Below are positions 1 through 10,367 of a DNA stretch of 64,000 bases, piece after piece (position 1 is the first letter of the stretch; the number at the start of each line of letters is the position of its first letter). The notes under the pieces were generated by a model. The model was not told where the DNA came from and did no database searches. It was given only the letters and a program-made list of their open reading frames with translations. This stretch comes from an uncultured delta proteobacterium (lineage in GTDB: Bacteria; Desulfobacterota; Binatia; Binatales; Binataceae): the NCBI GenBank assembly GCA_963724765.1, contig CAVRVY010000003.1:384001-448000 (forward strand), written 5' to 3'. The position numbers and the translations under genes are program-made.

Positions 1-781
1 TCGGCGCGCGCAGGTCGGCGACGAAATCGGCGATAGTGTAGTCGATTTCGTGGCCGACGGCCGAGATCACTGGAATTCGCGAGCGATGGATCGCGCGGGC
101 GACCGTCTCTTCGTTAAACGCCCACAGGTCCTCCAGCGAGCCGCCGCCGCGCCCGACGATGAGCACTTCGGCGCGCGCGTCGGCGTTGAGGTCGTCGATC
201 GCCTGCGTTATTTCGGCCGCCGCTCCCGCGCCCTGCACGCGCGCGGGCCGGATGATGAGCCGCACGTTGGGATAGCGCGCGAGCGCGACGGTGACGATGT
301 CGCGCAGCGCCGCGCCGCCGAGCGCGGTCACGATTCCCACCACCGCAGGCAGAAACGGCAAGGCGCGCTTGCGCGCCTGGTCGAACAGCCCCTCGCGCCC
401 CAGCCGCTCCTTTAGCTGCTCGAAGGCGAGCTGCAGCGCGCCGAGCCCCCGCGGCTCCATCTCCTCGGCATAGAACTGCAGCGCGCCGCGAGTTTCGTAG
501 AGGTCGACCCGGCCACGCACCACGACCTGCATTCCGTCGCCGATCTTGAAACGCAGCCGCGCGGCCGCCGAGCGGAACATCACCACGCTGATCGCGCTTT
601 GGGGATCCTTGAGGGTGAAGTAGAGATGGCCCGAGGAGGCGTGACGGGCATTGGATATTTCGCCCACCACCCAGCACTCATCGAGATTCGCTTCCAGCGT
701 CTCGCGCACCATCCGCACCAGCTGCGTGACGTTGAGCGCCCGCACCTGGCCACGAAGCGAGAGTTCGAGCTGGCCGGCCAT
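1..781 (-). CDS. xseA: Exodeoxyribonuclease VII large subunit (5' part; runs off window start)
   Basis: Hand translation from ATG at 781: ...[73 protein letters not shown], the canonical XseA motifs. Absent from the ORF track because it is truncated. Confidence 0.95.
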   Translation of the reverse strand, partial: MAGQLELSLRGQVRALNVTQLVRMVRETLEANLDECWVVGEISNARHASSGHLYFTLKDPQSAISVVMFRSAAARLRFKIGDGMQVVVRGRVDLYETRGALQFYAEEMEPRGLGALQLAFEQLKERLGREGLFDQARKRALPFLPAVVGIVTALGGAALRDIVTVALARYPNVRLIIRPARVQGAGAAAEITQAIDDLNADARAEVLIVGRGGGSLEDLWAFNEETVARAIHRSRIPVISAVGHEIDYTIADFVADLRAP

Positions 782-953
782 GCGGCCAACTTACCAGATG
801 GACGCCGCCGAGCGTAAGGCGGGTTCGGCGATGGCGTCAGCGAGATAACGGCAAGACGACGGATGTATAGCGTGCAAAAGAACTCCGCCGCCCGCATTGC
901 GTGCGGACGGCGGATTGTCAATCAGAATCTGACTTGGAATTGTCAGTGCGGCG

Positions 954-2414
954 TTACTGGCCCGAGCCGTCCGAGCCGGAGTCACCGCTGGGAGCGGTCG
1001 CCGCGGTCGGCGCCGCCTGGGGCGGCGGAAGGTCGTTGCGCGCAAGCTGAAGCTTGTAGCTGCGCCAGTTATCCAGTACCTGGATCGCGCGGTCGAGCTG
1101 GACGTCCTTCGGCTCCTTCGATGCGGCGGCCGCAGAAGTTTTGGGATGTCTCCCGGGCTCCGCACCTGGGGCAGTGCCGTCTTTGCCGGAGGGCGCATTC
1201 GGGGCCTTTAGGACGCCATTGTTCTTGAAGTGATGCAGCAGGTCGCTTTCGCGAATCTCGGTGTCCTCGTTGATAGTCGCGCCTTCCTGCTCAAGCGAAG
1301 CCAGCGTGGTCTTGGGCGGCTCGGAGGTCACGTCGGGCGTGATGCCGACGGCCTGGATCGAGCGGCCGTTGGGCGTGTAGTAGCGCGCCGTGGTCAGACG
1401 CAGGGCTGAGTGATCGTCGAGCGGCAAAATGGTCTGCACGGAGCCCTTGCCAAAGGTCTGGGTGCCGACGGTGATCGCGCGGCGCTGGTCCTGCAACGCG
1501 CCGGCGACGATTTCGCTCGCGCTCGCGCTACCGCCGTTGACCAGCACCACCATCGGGTAGTCCACGAAGTCCTTCTTGCGATGCGAGAAGTACTTCTGCT
1601 GCTGATTCTCCTGGCGGCCCTGGGTATAGACGATAAGTCCGCCGTCGAGGAATTCGTCGCCGACCTGCACGGCCTGGTTCAACAACCCGCCCGGGTTGTC
1701 GCGAAGGTCGAGCACGAGGCCCTTGATCTGGCCATTATGCTTCGCGCGGAATTTGTCCAGCGCCTTCTGCAAGTCGTCGCCGGTGCCTTCTTCGAAACTG
1801 CTGACGCGCACGTAGTCGTAACCGTGGCGCAGATCCATGGCCTTGACCGACTTTATCTTGATCACCTCGCGGGTCACGGTCACCGTGAACAGCTCGGGCA
1901 CGCCCTTGCGATGGATGGTCAGATGGATCTTGCTGCCCTGCGGCCCGCGCATCCGCTTGACCGCGTCGGTCAGCGTCATGCCCTTGGTAAAGTCGTCATT
2001 GATCTTGACGATCTGGTCGCCCGCCTTGACCCCGGCCTTGTAGGCGGGAGTGTCCTCGATCGGCGAAACGACGGTCAGCATGTCGTCCTTGACGGTAACT
2101 TCGAGACCCAGCCCACCGAAGCTGCCGCGGGTTTCGACCTCAAGGTCACGGTACAGGTCCGGCGTGAGGTAGGCGCTGTGCGGGTCGAGCGAGGCCAGCA
2201 TCCCGGTTATCGCGCCGTTGATGAGCTGCTTGGTGGTGACCGGCTCTACGTAGTTTTTTTGTACGATCGCGAGCACGTTGGCGAAGGTCGCCAGTTCCTT
2301 GTACGTATCGTCGGGTAGCGCGTCGGCACGCCGCACCGCGATTTCCGCCAGCAGGACCAGGATCGCTACCGCGCATACGCCAGCGACCAGAAAGGGTGAA
2401 CGATTGCGTTTCAT
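954..2414 (-). CDS. ctpA: Carboxy-terminal processing protease, S41 family (PDZ + catalytic domain)
   Basis: LDPHS, GLGLEV, LDLRDNPGGLL, SASASEIVAGALQD, TFGKGSVQ, ARYYTPNGRSIQ; N-terminal signal/TM. Start set at MKRNRS (2414). Confidence 0.93.
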   Translation of the reverse strand: MKRNRSPFLVAGVCAVAILVLLAEIAVRRADALPDDTYKELATFANVLAIVQKNYVEPVTTKQLINGAITGMLASLDPHSAYLTPDLYRDLEVETRGSFGGLGLEVTVKDDMLTVVSPIEDTPAYKAGVKAGDQIVKINDDFTKGMTLTDAVKRMRGPQGSKIHLTIHRKGVPELFTVTVTREVIKIKSVKAMDLRHGYDYVRVSSFEEGTGDDLQKALDKFRAKHNGQIKGLVLDLRDNPGGLLNQAVQVGDEFLDGGLIVYTQGRQENQQQKYFSHRKKDFVDYPMVVLVNGGSASASEIVAGALQDQRRAITVGTQTFGKGSVQTILPLDDHSALRLTTARYYTPNGRSIQAVGITPDVTSEPPKTTLASLEQEGATINEDTEIRESDLLHHFKNNGVLKAPNAPSGKDGTAPGAEPGRHPKTSAAAASKEPKDVQLDRAIQVLDNWRSYKLQLARNDLPPPQAAPTAATAPSGDSGSDGSGQ

Positions 2415-2566
2415 TACTTGCTCGCAGCTGGAACCCGCCATGGTAAGCGCGCGGGTTGCCTAGTAAGCATATTCTTTACGCACTGCAGACGCCACTGCCC
2501 TCGCGCGCAGATAGTGTCTCTTAATGGCATCATAGGGTACCTTGCGTCTCATGCGCCGCTTTCGCC

Positions 2567-3172
2567 TCATCCCTTGCTGTTGTCCTTGAGCAATTCTTCC
2601 AGCGCGTCGCGAATCGCGGGCTGCGACCAATCAAACGCGCCCGAGTGATGGGCGACAATACGGCCCTGGCGATCGATTATGAAGGTTTCGGGAACCCCGC
2701 TCACCTTGTAGGCCTCAGCGACCGCGTTCTTCGGATCGAGCAGCACGTCGAAATGGTAGCCGTGCTTTTTGATGTAAGCCACGACCTCGTCGCGGCTGCT
2801 GGTGTCCTGGCTGACCGCCAGCATCACGAAATCCCTGTCACCGTGGAGCCGCTCGTAGAGCTTTTCCATCGAGGGCATCTCTTCACGGCACGGCGCGCAC
2901 CAGGTCGCCCAGATATTAAGGAACACAACCTTGCCGTGCAGGTCGGCCATCGAAACCGAATCGCCGCGCAAATCCGTCAATGTGAACGCCGCGGCCTTTT
3001 CGCCCGCCGCCACTGGTCCGTGTTCGTCAAGACCCGAACCCCTGGTGGTCTCCTCCGCAGGTAGCGGCGCTGGAGGGGCCGACCGCCGAATCTGCGAGGC
3101 CGCGACCAGTAACACGCCTACCAGCAGCGCCGCGCCAGCGATCGTGGAAAGCAGCTTTACCCGAGGAGCCAT
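2567..3172 (-). CDS. TlpA/ResA-family thiol-disulfide oxidoreductase (redoxin)
   Basis: N-terminal TM; [17 protein letters not shown]; GVPETFIID. Confidence 0.92.
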   Translation of the reverse strand: MAPRVKLLSTIAGAALLVGVLLVAASQIRRSAPPAPLPAEETTRGSGLDEHGPVAAGEKAAAFTLTDLRGDSVSMADLHGKVVFLNIWATWCAPCREEMPSMEKLYERLHGDRDFVMLAVSQDTSSRDEVVAYIKKHGYHFDVLLDPKNAVAEAYKVSGVPETFIIDRQGRIVAHHSGAFDWSQPAIRDALEELLKDNSKG

Positions 3173-3185
3173 CCTGACGCCTGCG

Positions 3186-4082
3186 CTACGCCCCCGCCGC
3201 CGCTTTAGCTTCAGGACGGCTATGCGGTGCCGGCTCCTCGCGCGTCCATCCGGAAAACAGGCCGCCGGTCAGATGCAGCGCAACGACTCCGGTCACCACC
3301 ATCACCAGCCCGATGAGCTGAGCCTCGCTCAGCCCCCACAGCACACGCGGGTTGATCCGCAGGAACTCGACCATGAAGCGGCAACCGCCCAGAAGCACCA
3401 GGTAGAGGTAGAAGATGCGGCCTTCGGTGCCGGCCCGCCGGCGCATCGACCACAGGATGATAAACACTATCGTGTAGAGAACGGCTTCATAGATGGGCGT
3501 CGGATGCACTCTGACGCCGGGGAAAAATCCCGACACCAGGTTGCCATGAGGGCCCAGCTTGAGGACGGTCTCCGGTCCCCAGCCCACGATCGCTTTGGGG
3601 TAAGCAACCGCCCACGGCAGCGTCGAGGGCGCGCCCCAGTCGCCGTCGCCCGACAGATGGCATCCGATACGTCCGAGCGCCTGTCCAATCGCCAGCGCCG
3701 GCCCGCACATGTCGGCTGTCGCGCCGACCGAGACCTTGTAATAGCGCGCGACGAGGCAGGCGGCCGTTACACCGCCGATAAAGCCGCCGAACCAGACGAA
3801 GCCCGAGCCCGACCATATGATCGAAATCGGATGGGCCATGTAGAGCTGCCACTCGTCGAGAACGTCGTACAGGCGGGCGCCGATAAGTCCCCCAAGCGCG
3901 CCCCACAACACGACGGCGGTGGCATACTCGGAGTCGATGCCGCGGCGGGGACAATCGGCGGCGATCACGAGGTCGGCCGCGATAAAGCCGAGCGCCATCA
4001 TCAGACCGTAGCTGTAGATGGTGAGCGACAGCGGATGGCCGAACAGATAGAAGGGTCCCAGACGCAACAGAATCGGAATCAT
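3186..4082 (-). CDS. lgt: Prolipoprotein diacylglyceryl transferase
   Basis: [46 protein letters not shown]; multi-TM. Start at MIPILL (4082). Confidence 0.92.
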   Translation of the reverse strand: MIPILLRLGPFYLFGHPLSLTIYSYGLMMALGFIAADLVIAADCPRRGIDSEYATAVVLWGALGGLIGARLYDVLDEWQLYMAHPISIIWSGSGFVWFGGFIGGVTAACLVARYYKVSVGATADMCGPALAIGQALGRIGCHLSGDGDWGAPSTLPWAVAYPKAIVGWGPETVLKLGPHGNLVSGFFPGVRVHPTPIYEAVLYTIVFIILWSMRRRAGTEGRIFYLYLVLLGGCRFMVEFLRINPRVLWGLSEAQLIGLVMVVTGVVALHLTGGLFSGWTREEPAPHSRPEAKAAAGA

Positions 4083-4355
4083 TGCACCGACAACTATAGT
4101 ACGGAGCGAAGCCCGCAAACCAGACAGGCTCCGAGGTGCGGTTCCTTATCAGCCCTCGCGCCGCCCTTTTTCACCAACTCTCTCGGCACCGCTGTTTTTC
4201 TTCCCCGTTCTTTTTATGCCCTCGCCCGCGATAGGGAGAGGGCCATAAAAAAGATTGCGGACAGAAAGGAAGCGCGCACCGCGATTTCTTTCGAGTGTGT
4301 CGTGCGGTGCTGCGCGCTTTGCGTAAGGATCGCCATCGGTATATATGACGCCGGG

Positions 4356-4802
4356 ATGCGAGCGGTTGTTCAACGCGTGAGCCGGGCCGAAGTCGGCGTC
4401 GGCGGCAAATGCCTCGGCCGAATCGGTCTGGGCTTCGCCGTGCTCCTCGGCGTCGCGCGCGAGGACACCGAAGCCGACGCGGAATTCCTCGCCGACCGCA
4501 TCCTGGGCCTGCGCGTGTTCGCCGACCCAGCGGGCAAGATGAACCTGGCGCTGGACACGGTCGGCGGCGAGTTGCTGGTGATTTCGCAATTCACGCTGCT
4601 CGCCGACACCAGCGGCGGACGGCGCCCGTCGTTCATCAAGGCGGCGCCGCCCGAACTCGCCGAGCCGTTGTACGAGCATTTCCTGTCGCTCGTGCGCACT
4701 CGCGGTGTTAAGGTTGAGACGGGCGAGTTCGGCGCCCACATGGAGCTGGCGCTGGTCAATGACGGGCCGGTGACGATTATTCTGGATAGCCGGGTGCGTT
4801 GA
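4356..4802 (+). CDS. dtd: D-aminoacyl-tRNA deacylase
   Basis: [13 protein letters not shown]...SQFTL...GRRPSF...[16 protein letters not shown]; the C-terminal part of the 2931..4802 ORF, real start ATG 4356. Confidence 0.96.
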   Translation: MRAVVQRVSRAEVGVGGKCLGRIGLGFAVLLGVAREDTEADAEFLADRILGLRVFADPAGKMNLALDTVGGELLVISQFTLLADTSGGRRPSFIKAAPPELAEPLYEHFLSLVRTRGVKVETGEFGAHMELALVNDGPVTIILDSRVR

Positions 4803-4803
4803 G

Positions 4804-5286
4804 ATGGCACGGGCAGGTTTTTACGCCGTCGAGTCGGGCAAAATCTCTTTTCGCCGCGACGGCAACTGGTATAGCGACGACGAGCGTATCGATAACCCGC
4901 GTATCGCGCTGCTGTTCAGCCGCAGCATCCGGCAAAACCCCGACGGCAGCTACTATCTCCAGGTCGCCGAGGAGCGCGCCCCGATTACCGTCGAGGACAC
5001 GCCCTACGTGGTCAAGGCGATCGACGGCGACGCGCACGGCGGCTTTACCGTAGTGCTCAACGACGAGGAACGCGAGGAGCTTGACCCGGCCACGCTCGAG
5101 GTCGGGCCCGACAACGTGCTTTATTGCCGGGTCAAGGGCGGCGCCTCGCGCGCGCGCTTCCTGCGCAACGCCTATTACCATCTGAGCCCCAGCTTCGAGG
5201 CCGACGCGCGCGGCGGCTTCTCGATCTCGACGCGCGGCCGGCGCTATCCGCTTTTGCGCGCGGGCTTTGCGGGCACGAACCATTGA
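4804..5286 (+). CDS. DUF1285-like protein
   Basis: RRDGNWY..I.NPRIALLF..E.APITVEDTPY..LYCRVK..ARF.RNAYY pattern; tightly coupled to dtd. Confidence 0.7.
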   Translation: MARAGFYAVESGKISFRRDGNWYSDDERIDNPRIALLFSRSIRQNPDGSYYLQVAEERAPITVEDTPYVVKAIDGDAHGGFTVVLNDEEREELDPATLEVGPDNVLYCRVKGGASRARFLRNAYYHLSPSFEADARGGFSISTRGRRYPLLRAGFAGTNH

Positions 5287-5333
5287 GTCCGTCGCGCGGT
5301 CCGCAGTCCGCGATTCGGTACCCGCGCGATCCG

Positions 5334-5846
5334 ATGGCCGATTTGACCATCCCGATCTTTCATATCGTGCTGGTGCGGCCCGAGATTCCGCAGAACACGG
5401 GATCGATCGCGCGGCTGGTGGCGGCAACGCGCGCGCGGCTGCATCTGGTCGGCCCGCTCGGTTTCTCGCTCGAGGACCGATATCTCAAGCGCGCCGGACT
5501 CGACTATTGGCCCCTGGTCGATCTGAAGACTTATCCCGGATGGGACGATTTTGCGCCGCCCGAGTATCTGCAACCAGACCGGCCATCCACCGAGCGCGAG
5601 CCGCGCCTGAAGTATTTCTCGGCGCGCGCGAAGAAGTCATACCTGGAGGCCGATTTCGCGCCGGGCGACTTCCTGGTGTTTGGCAGCGAGACCAAGGGGC
5701 TGGGCGAGGAATTTCTGCGCGCGCGGATGGAGGCGACATACAAAATTCCGATCTTCGAGCCCGGTGTGCGCAGTCTCAACCTGGCCAACGCCGTGTCGAT
5801 CGTGCTCTATGAAGCGCTCCGCCAGACCGGCCGGCTTATCGAATAG
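5334..5846 (+). CDS. trmL: tRNA (cytidine/uridine(34)-2'-O)-methyltransferase, SPOUT family
   Basis: PEIPQNTGSIAR, GPLGFSL, KRAGLDYW, FGSETKGL, RSLNLANAV. Start ATG 5334. Confidence 0.95.
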   Translation: MADLTIPIFHIVLVRPEIPQNTGSIARLVAATRARLHLVGPLGFSLEDRYLKRAGLDYWPLVDLKTYPGWDDFAPPEYLQPDRPSTEREPRLKYFSARAKKSYLEADFAPGDFLVFGSETKGLGEEFLRARMEATYKIPIFEPGVRSLNLANAVSIVLYEALRQTGRLIE

Positions 5847-6312
5847 CCGCCGGAGCGCCGGGCGCGCGAATTCCGGTGTCGACCCAGATGTCGAGCCGCG
5901 TCTCGCCACCGGGGCTTATCGTCACCATCGCGGGCAAATTCCTGGCCGCGCCTGAAAATCCGCCGCCCCGCTCAACCCGGTAGTCGCCCGGCGGCAGGGC
6001 CAGACGATAAAGCCCACCGGCGTCAGCGCGGGCTGTCGCTACCATGGCGCCTTTGGAATCGAAGATCTTAAGCTCCGCGCCGGCCGCGCGCGCGGACGGT
6101 GGCGCCGTGATGCCGGGGCCGCTGACCGGAGACGTCGGTCCGCGCGTGATTCGTCCGGTCAAAGTGCCATAGGACGCCGCTGTCCCATTCGAACGGCCGG
6201 CGGCACTTGCGGACCTGCCGTCGCCCCGTGTGCAGCCCGCAATTGCAAGTGCGACCGCCACCACCACGCAAAGCAGTAGCTCGCGGGCGCAAATCGAAGT
6301 GATCGCCTCCAT
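5836..6312 (-). CDS. Small lipoprotein with carboxypeptidase-regulatory-like beta-sandwich domain
   Basis: ATG 6312; hydrophobic signal ending in lipobox-like IAG-C; GTLTGRITRGP...ADAGGLYRLALPPGDYRV. Fused to the upstream gene in the ORF track only because of an upstream frameshift. Confidence 0.65.
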   Translation of the reverse strand: MEAITSICARELLLCVVVAVALAIAGCTRGDGRSASAAGRSNGTAASYGTLTGRITRGPTSPVSGPGITAPPSARAAGAELKIFDSKGAMVATARADAGGLYRLALPPGDYRVERGGGFSGAARNLPAMVTISPGGETRLDIWVDTGIRAPGAPAAIR

Positions 6313-6373
6313 GCGCACGAGCCTATCGCATCGAGACCATGACTGCCCGCGCGCGGCGCGTCGAGTAGCGTGG

Positions 6374-8170
6374 CTACGGCTGGACCGGGCTGCTGAAGCG
6401 TTATGGCCGATCGCGGTGCGATAGAAGGCGGCGCTTTTCGACGACTCGCCGGCGAACCAGAATGACGCCTGTGTTCCCGGCGTCAGATCGAGCGAGGCCG
6501 CCGTGTAGTCGCCCCAGCGATTAATATTGTTGCTATCGAGAAGTACATACGTGGCCAGGCCACTCTGGAGGAAAAAGCCGCTGTCGTGCATCGTGCCCAG
6601 CGCCTCGGTCGCGCGGTTGGTCGCGTAGGCCGACGAAGGAAAGGTGCCGTCGTCGGAGTAGTTGAATACCACCAGCACGTTGCCCTCGGGGTCGGGTTGG
6701 ACCTCAGGATAAAACGTCGCGCCGGTGCCGTCGCCCTGGCCGGAGGCGCAGGCCCAGCAGACCTCGTTCAGGATGCTGGCGCCGACGATTTGCGGACATT
6801 TGTTCAGGTAACTGCCCGTGCACTCGTTATCGTTGTCGTTGAGCACCGGCCGTATCTGGAACCAAAGAAAATGCGAGGCTCCGGCGCCCGCGCCAGTGCC
6901 GTTGGTGTCGAGCGCCGCGTAGAGCGACCCCGACGCATAAATCACCTCGCCCGGGACGCGGGTATCGGCCGGTATCGATGAGACAGTCGCCGAGGGCGCA
7001 TTGGGGCTGCTGTGCGCCCGGGGGAAGAGAATAGGTGTCAGAGGTGGTTACCAGGACTTGCGAGACTTCCGGCCCAGGGTCGGCGGGGTTGGTGCTAAAG
7101 ACCGGATTCGATATCGCAAAGATCGCCACGTCGGAGCATCCGGTGGCGCAACCGTAGCCGCCGGCGGCGTTGATGTTGTGCGAGGTGACGACGAACTCGG
7201 CGCGCGGGTTATCGGTGCGATCCATCACGTTGGCCGGCTGCAGCGAGTCCATCACTTCGTTTGTACCAAGCGTGAAAAAGTTCGGCGTCAGGGCGAAAAA
7301 GTTGAAGGTCGCGCCGGCGTACATCGCGCTCTTGTTCAGCAGCAGCATGAAGGCGCCGTTGAAGATGTCGGCGGGTACCGTGAAAGCGTTGAAGCCCAGG
7401 TAAATTATCCGGCGGTCCTGCCCCAGCGTGGGAAAATCCGCGATTTGACTGGTTGATAGAAGCGGGGTCGCGCCGGCGGTCAAGTTGAAATGGTAGATGA
7501 ACCATCCGCCCAGCGGACTGGAGGACTGGCTCACCGCCACGTCAAGGAACGGCGCTCCCGCCGCGCTGATATGCGCGGCCGACACGATGTAGCGCTGGCT
7601 GGCCCAATCGAAGAGCGCGCGCGGATCGAAGGGCGGCTGCTGCGCTTGGCGCCCACCAGCATGAAAGAGGCAAGGCTCTTGGGGAAACCAGCCTGCCCGC
7701 TGCCGTTCTTATCGAACACGCTCACGCAGCCATTGATCACCTGCAGCACAAAACTCGGCCCGGCCGCCAGCGCCATATCGGGCGGGATCTCATGCCCGCA
7801 ACCTAATCCGAGGCCGCCGAAGGCCGTGATCTTCGTCGCCGCCGGACCGGGGGCTGGCGTCGGCGCGGGGCTCGCCACGAGGAGCGGCTGCGCGGCGGCG
7901 CGTGAGGGCGTCGCGAGCTTAACGGTCGTGGACCGCGCCTTTAGCGCTGCGTATTGCTGGATCGAAATTCCATACCGTCGTGGACGGGTCGCGGGAGTCA
8001 CCACCGCCTCCTGCTCGGTCATTTGCGGCAGGTCGCCCAGCACCACGACATCCGGCGCACCCTGGCTGACCGCTACCGCGCGCTTTGCGGACTGCTGAGC
8101 GCGTGCGGCCGGCGAGGTCAAAACGAATGCAACTGCGAAGATGGCGGCGAGACCGTAATACCGAGTTCAT
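6374..8170 (-). pseudogene. Frameshifted secreted RWGDY-motif protein, paralog of 8368..10002 (pseudogene or assembly indels)
   Basis: GGAGG RBS + ATG 8170; fragments in changing frames join into one protein: signal TRYYGLAAIFAVAFVLTSPAARA, PPDMALAAGP, FDPRALFDW, DFPTLGQD, IDTGDTR, RWGDYTA, stop TAG at 6374-6376. Frame breaks near 8166, 7645, 6967 and 6398. Confidence 0.8.
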
Positions 8171-8309
8171 CGATCCTCCAATACGCAGAATGGGGGCTTA
8201 AAGATCGACAACGCAGTAACCTTTGTAAGCGCGTGTGGTGGAGCAATCAACCGGGCTGTGTCACTTCGAAGCCTTAGCGAGCGGATCTTGAGCGCCGTAC
8301 TGACCGCAA

Positions 8310-8343
8310 CAAAAAAGCGGGGCCGGAACACTCCGGCCCCGCC
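8310..8343 (-). terminator. Rho-independent terminator downstream of the 544-aa secreted protein gene
   Basis: Stem GCGGGGCCGGA / TCCGGCCCCGC with a 4-nt loop, followed by a T-run on the minus strand (AAAAAA at 8311-8316 on plus). Confidence 0.85.
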
Positions 8344-8367
8344 GTTAATTACAGCGGCAGACTCCCC

Positions 8368-10002
8368 TTACTGCTTGACCTTCGCGATCTTGGTACCCCA
8401 GAGGCTCGCGCCCGCAACCCTTTGGTTGGTGATCCAGCCAATGATACTTCCCGAAGTCCCGGTGGAGGAAGTCGCCGGATCGAATCGCGCGGCCGAATAA
8501 TCACCCCAACGTTGGGGACTTGACGCGGCAGGACTGCTATTGCCGCTCAGGCAGACCGCACTTTTTGCCACCGGAGTGGCACTCAGAGACACCGGGCCGT
8601 TGGCGAGCGAGCCGCCAAACAATACCATGGGCTTCAAATTTCCCGTTGTATCGGTCGCAGTCTCGGTTACGAAGATGTCGCCCAGGGCATCGGCCGCGAG
8701 CGATGGGTTGAAGTCATCCGACGTGGCGCTGAGAAAGAACGTACCAGTACCACCCGTAGGAATAGTGTCCGTCGACGGATCGAAGGCGTACCACGTGGGC
8801 ACGGGAAATCCGGCAATCCCAGCCGTGTGGACGCAATAGAGCAAGCCGTCAGTGAAACCGCCGGTCGGAGGAATCTGGTAACAGGCGTTCTGGAAGCGGC
8901 CGTCCAATGTATCGATGGTTTCCGTGCAGCCCGGCTGCACCGCACTGGGCGGTGTAGAGAAATTGGTGCCGGGAATACTGACCGGCCCCGACATAGCGGG
9001 TGAGGTGCTGGCATTGGTCATCGTGTAAAGCGATACCCCACTGCCGGCCACGGCCGCAGCAAAATAGTCGGCCGGGAAGTGTCCATAGAAAGGGGCGCCA
9101 AGCTGAATCGGTGGCATCAACGTGCCGGTAAGCCCGGTGAATATCGGCACGCTAAAGCCTAGCCCGTTGTAGGCGCGCGCCTTCGGAATCGCAAATGCAA
9201 CAGTGGTGAGATAGGTATCGGAACTGTTGTAGACGTTGCCGGTGAATAGCAGAGCATCCTGATCCATTCCTAGATGCGGGTAGTCGAGAAAATCGGGCAA
9301 ACCAAACGCACCGCCGGTGATTCTGTATACGAACCATCCGCTGGTGGCGGAACCGGTCTTCGATATCGCCAACCACAGGTAGCTCTTCGTGAAGTCGTCC
9401 GAGGTCACAACCCATCGCTTCCAGGTGCTGTCGAAGAGGACCTGCACGTCGCCCAGGAAGTCCGATGTGCCAAACAGCGGGTTAAGGGAAGTCCGCGCCA
9501 GAACGTTGCCCAACTTGTCGAAGACCCACAACGAAGCGTTGGTAATCTGGACGACCTGACCGGTCGACACATCCGCATCGTCGTCCGAAGGATATTCATT
9601 GTGCCCGACCGCCCCCTCCACGGCACCGAGAAAATTAACCGCCGTAACGCTGGGGGCCTCGACGCTGGGACTGGCGCTCGGAGCCCTCGATATATTGCTC
9701 GCCGCGTTTGCGGCGGCCTTAAGCGCGGCGTACTGCTGCTGGGGGATGGTAGGCCGCCGCAGCGCGAGCGCAGCAGCAGGGACCGGGCCTGACGGCGCGA
9801 GCGCCGCGTCGGCGGCGATCGCTTCCGGAGTCCGGTCTATCGGGCCGGACGCGCTCACCGTACCTGAGGCGGTTATGCTAGGACCGGCATAAGCTTGAGG
9901 CGCCTCGCTTTGTGCGCGCAGCGAACGCTGGATGGTAAAAACCACCAGCATCGCGACCGCGCTCACCGTCGCCAATAACACCAAACATCTCGAGCGTTTC
10001 AT
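8368..10002 (-). CDS. Uncharacterised secreted Ser/Thr/Gly-rich beta-rich protein (RWGDY motif)
   Basis: Signal peptide, Ala/Pro-rich pro-like region, then YPSDDDADV, DVQVLFD, DYPHLGMD, IDTLDGR, RWGDYS; 544 aa intact. Confidence 0.8.
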   Translation of the reverse strand: MKRSRCLVLLATVSAVAMLVVFTIQRSLRAQSEAPQAYAGPSITASGTVSASGPIDRTPEAIAADAALAPSGPVPAAALALRRPTIPQQQYAALKAAANAASNISRAPSASPSVEAPSVTAVNFLGAVEGAVGHNEYPSDDDADVSTGQVVQITNASLWVFDKLGNVLARTSLNPLFGTSDFLGDVQVLFDSTWKRWVVTSDDFTKSYLWLAISKTGSATSGWFVYRITGGAFGLPDFLDYPHLGMDQDALLFTGNVYNSSDTYLTTVAFAIPKARAYNGLGFSVPIFTGLTGTLMPPIQLGAPFYGHFPADYFAAAVAGSGVSLYTMTNASTSPAMSGPVSIPGTNFSTPPSAVQPGCTETIDTLDGRFQNACYQIPPTGGFTDGLLYCVHTAGIAGFPVPTWYAFDPSTDTIPTGGTGTFFLSATSDDFNPSLAADALGDIFVTETATDTTGNLKPMVLFGGSLANGPVSLSATPVAKSAVCLSGNSSPAASSPQRWGDYSAARFDPATSSTGTSGSIIGWITNQRVAGASLWGTKIAKVKQ

Positions 10003-10367
10003 AGATCGTTCCCCCCGAATTTGGCTGATAGCGAAAGTCTTTCCTCTGACCCCTTTCTCCTTAAGCGGTTTTGAGAAGCATCATCGTTTCAGCCGGACAT
10101 TATCCGACAAAGCGGGTTGACGCAAATAAATTAATGCTAAAAGATTTCTATACAGTTAATTTTATCTAATTCAACGTTTTTCAGTAAATTAGAACGAATC
10201 TAACATATATGGCACAAAATGTAGCGAATTTTCGTATTCTTTCAATAGCGACTTCTGAGACCGCAATTTTCTGCGATATGTTGAGATATCTGCTGAGAGA
10301 ATCGATAAAATAGGTTCACGCGCTTGTGCACCGGCCCACTGGGCGCGCGAGCATCGGGAACAAGCTA

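Noticed and set aside
2931-4355. 623-aa ORF 2931..4802 as a long Dtd fusion
   Set aside because: The upstream part is the antisense shadow of lgt and the redoxin gene; only 4356..4802 is Dtd.
5836-6945. 369-aa ORF as a real two-domain protein
   Set aside because: It is a fusion caused by the frameshift near 6398; the RWGDY gene should stop at 6374 and the lipoprotein starts at 6312.
10210-10225. TGGCACAAAATGTAGC as a sigma54 promoter
   Set aside because: GG-to-GC spacing is one base too long, and sigma54 spacing is strict.
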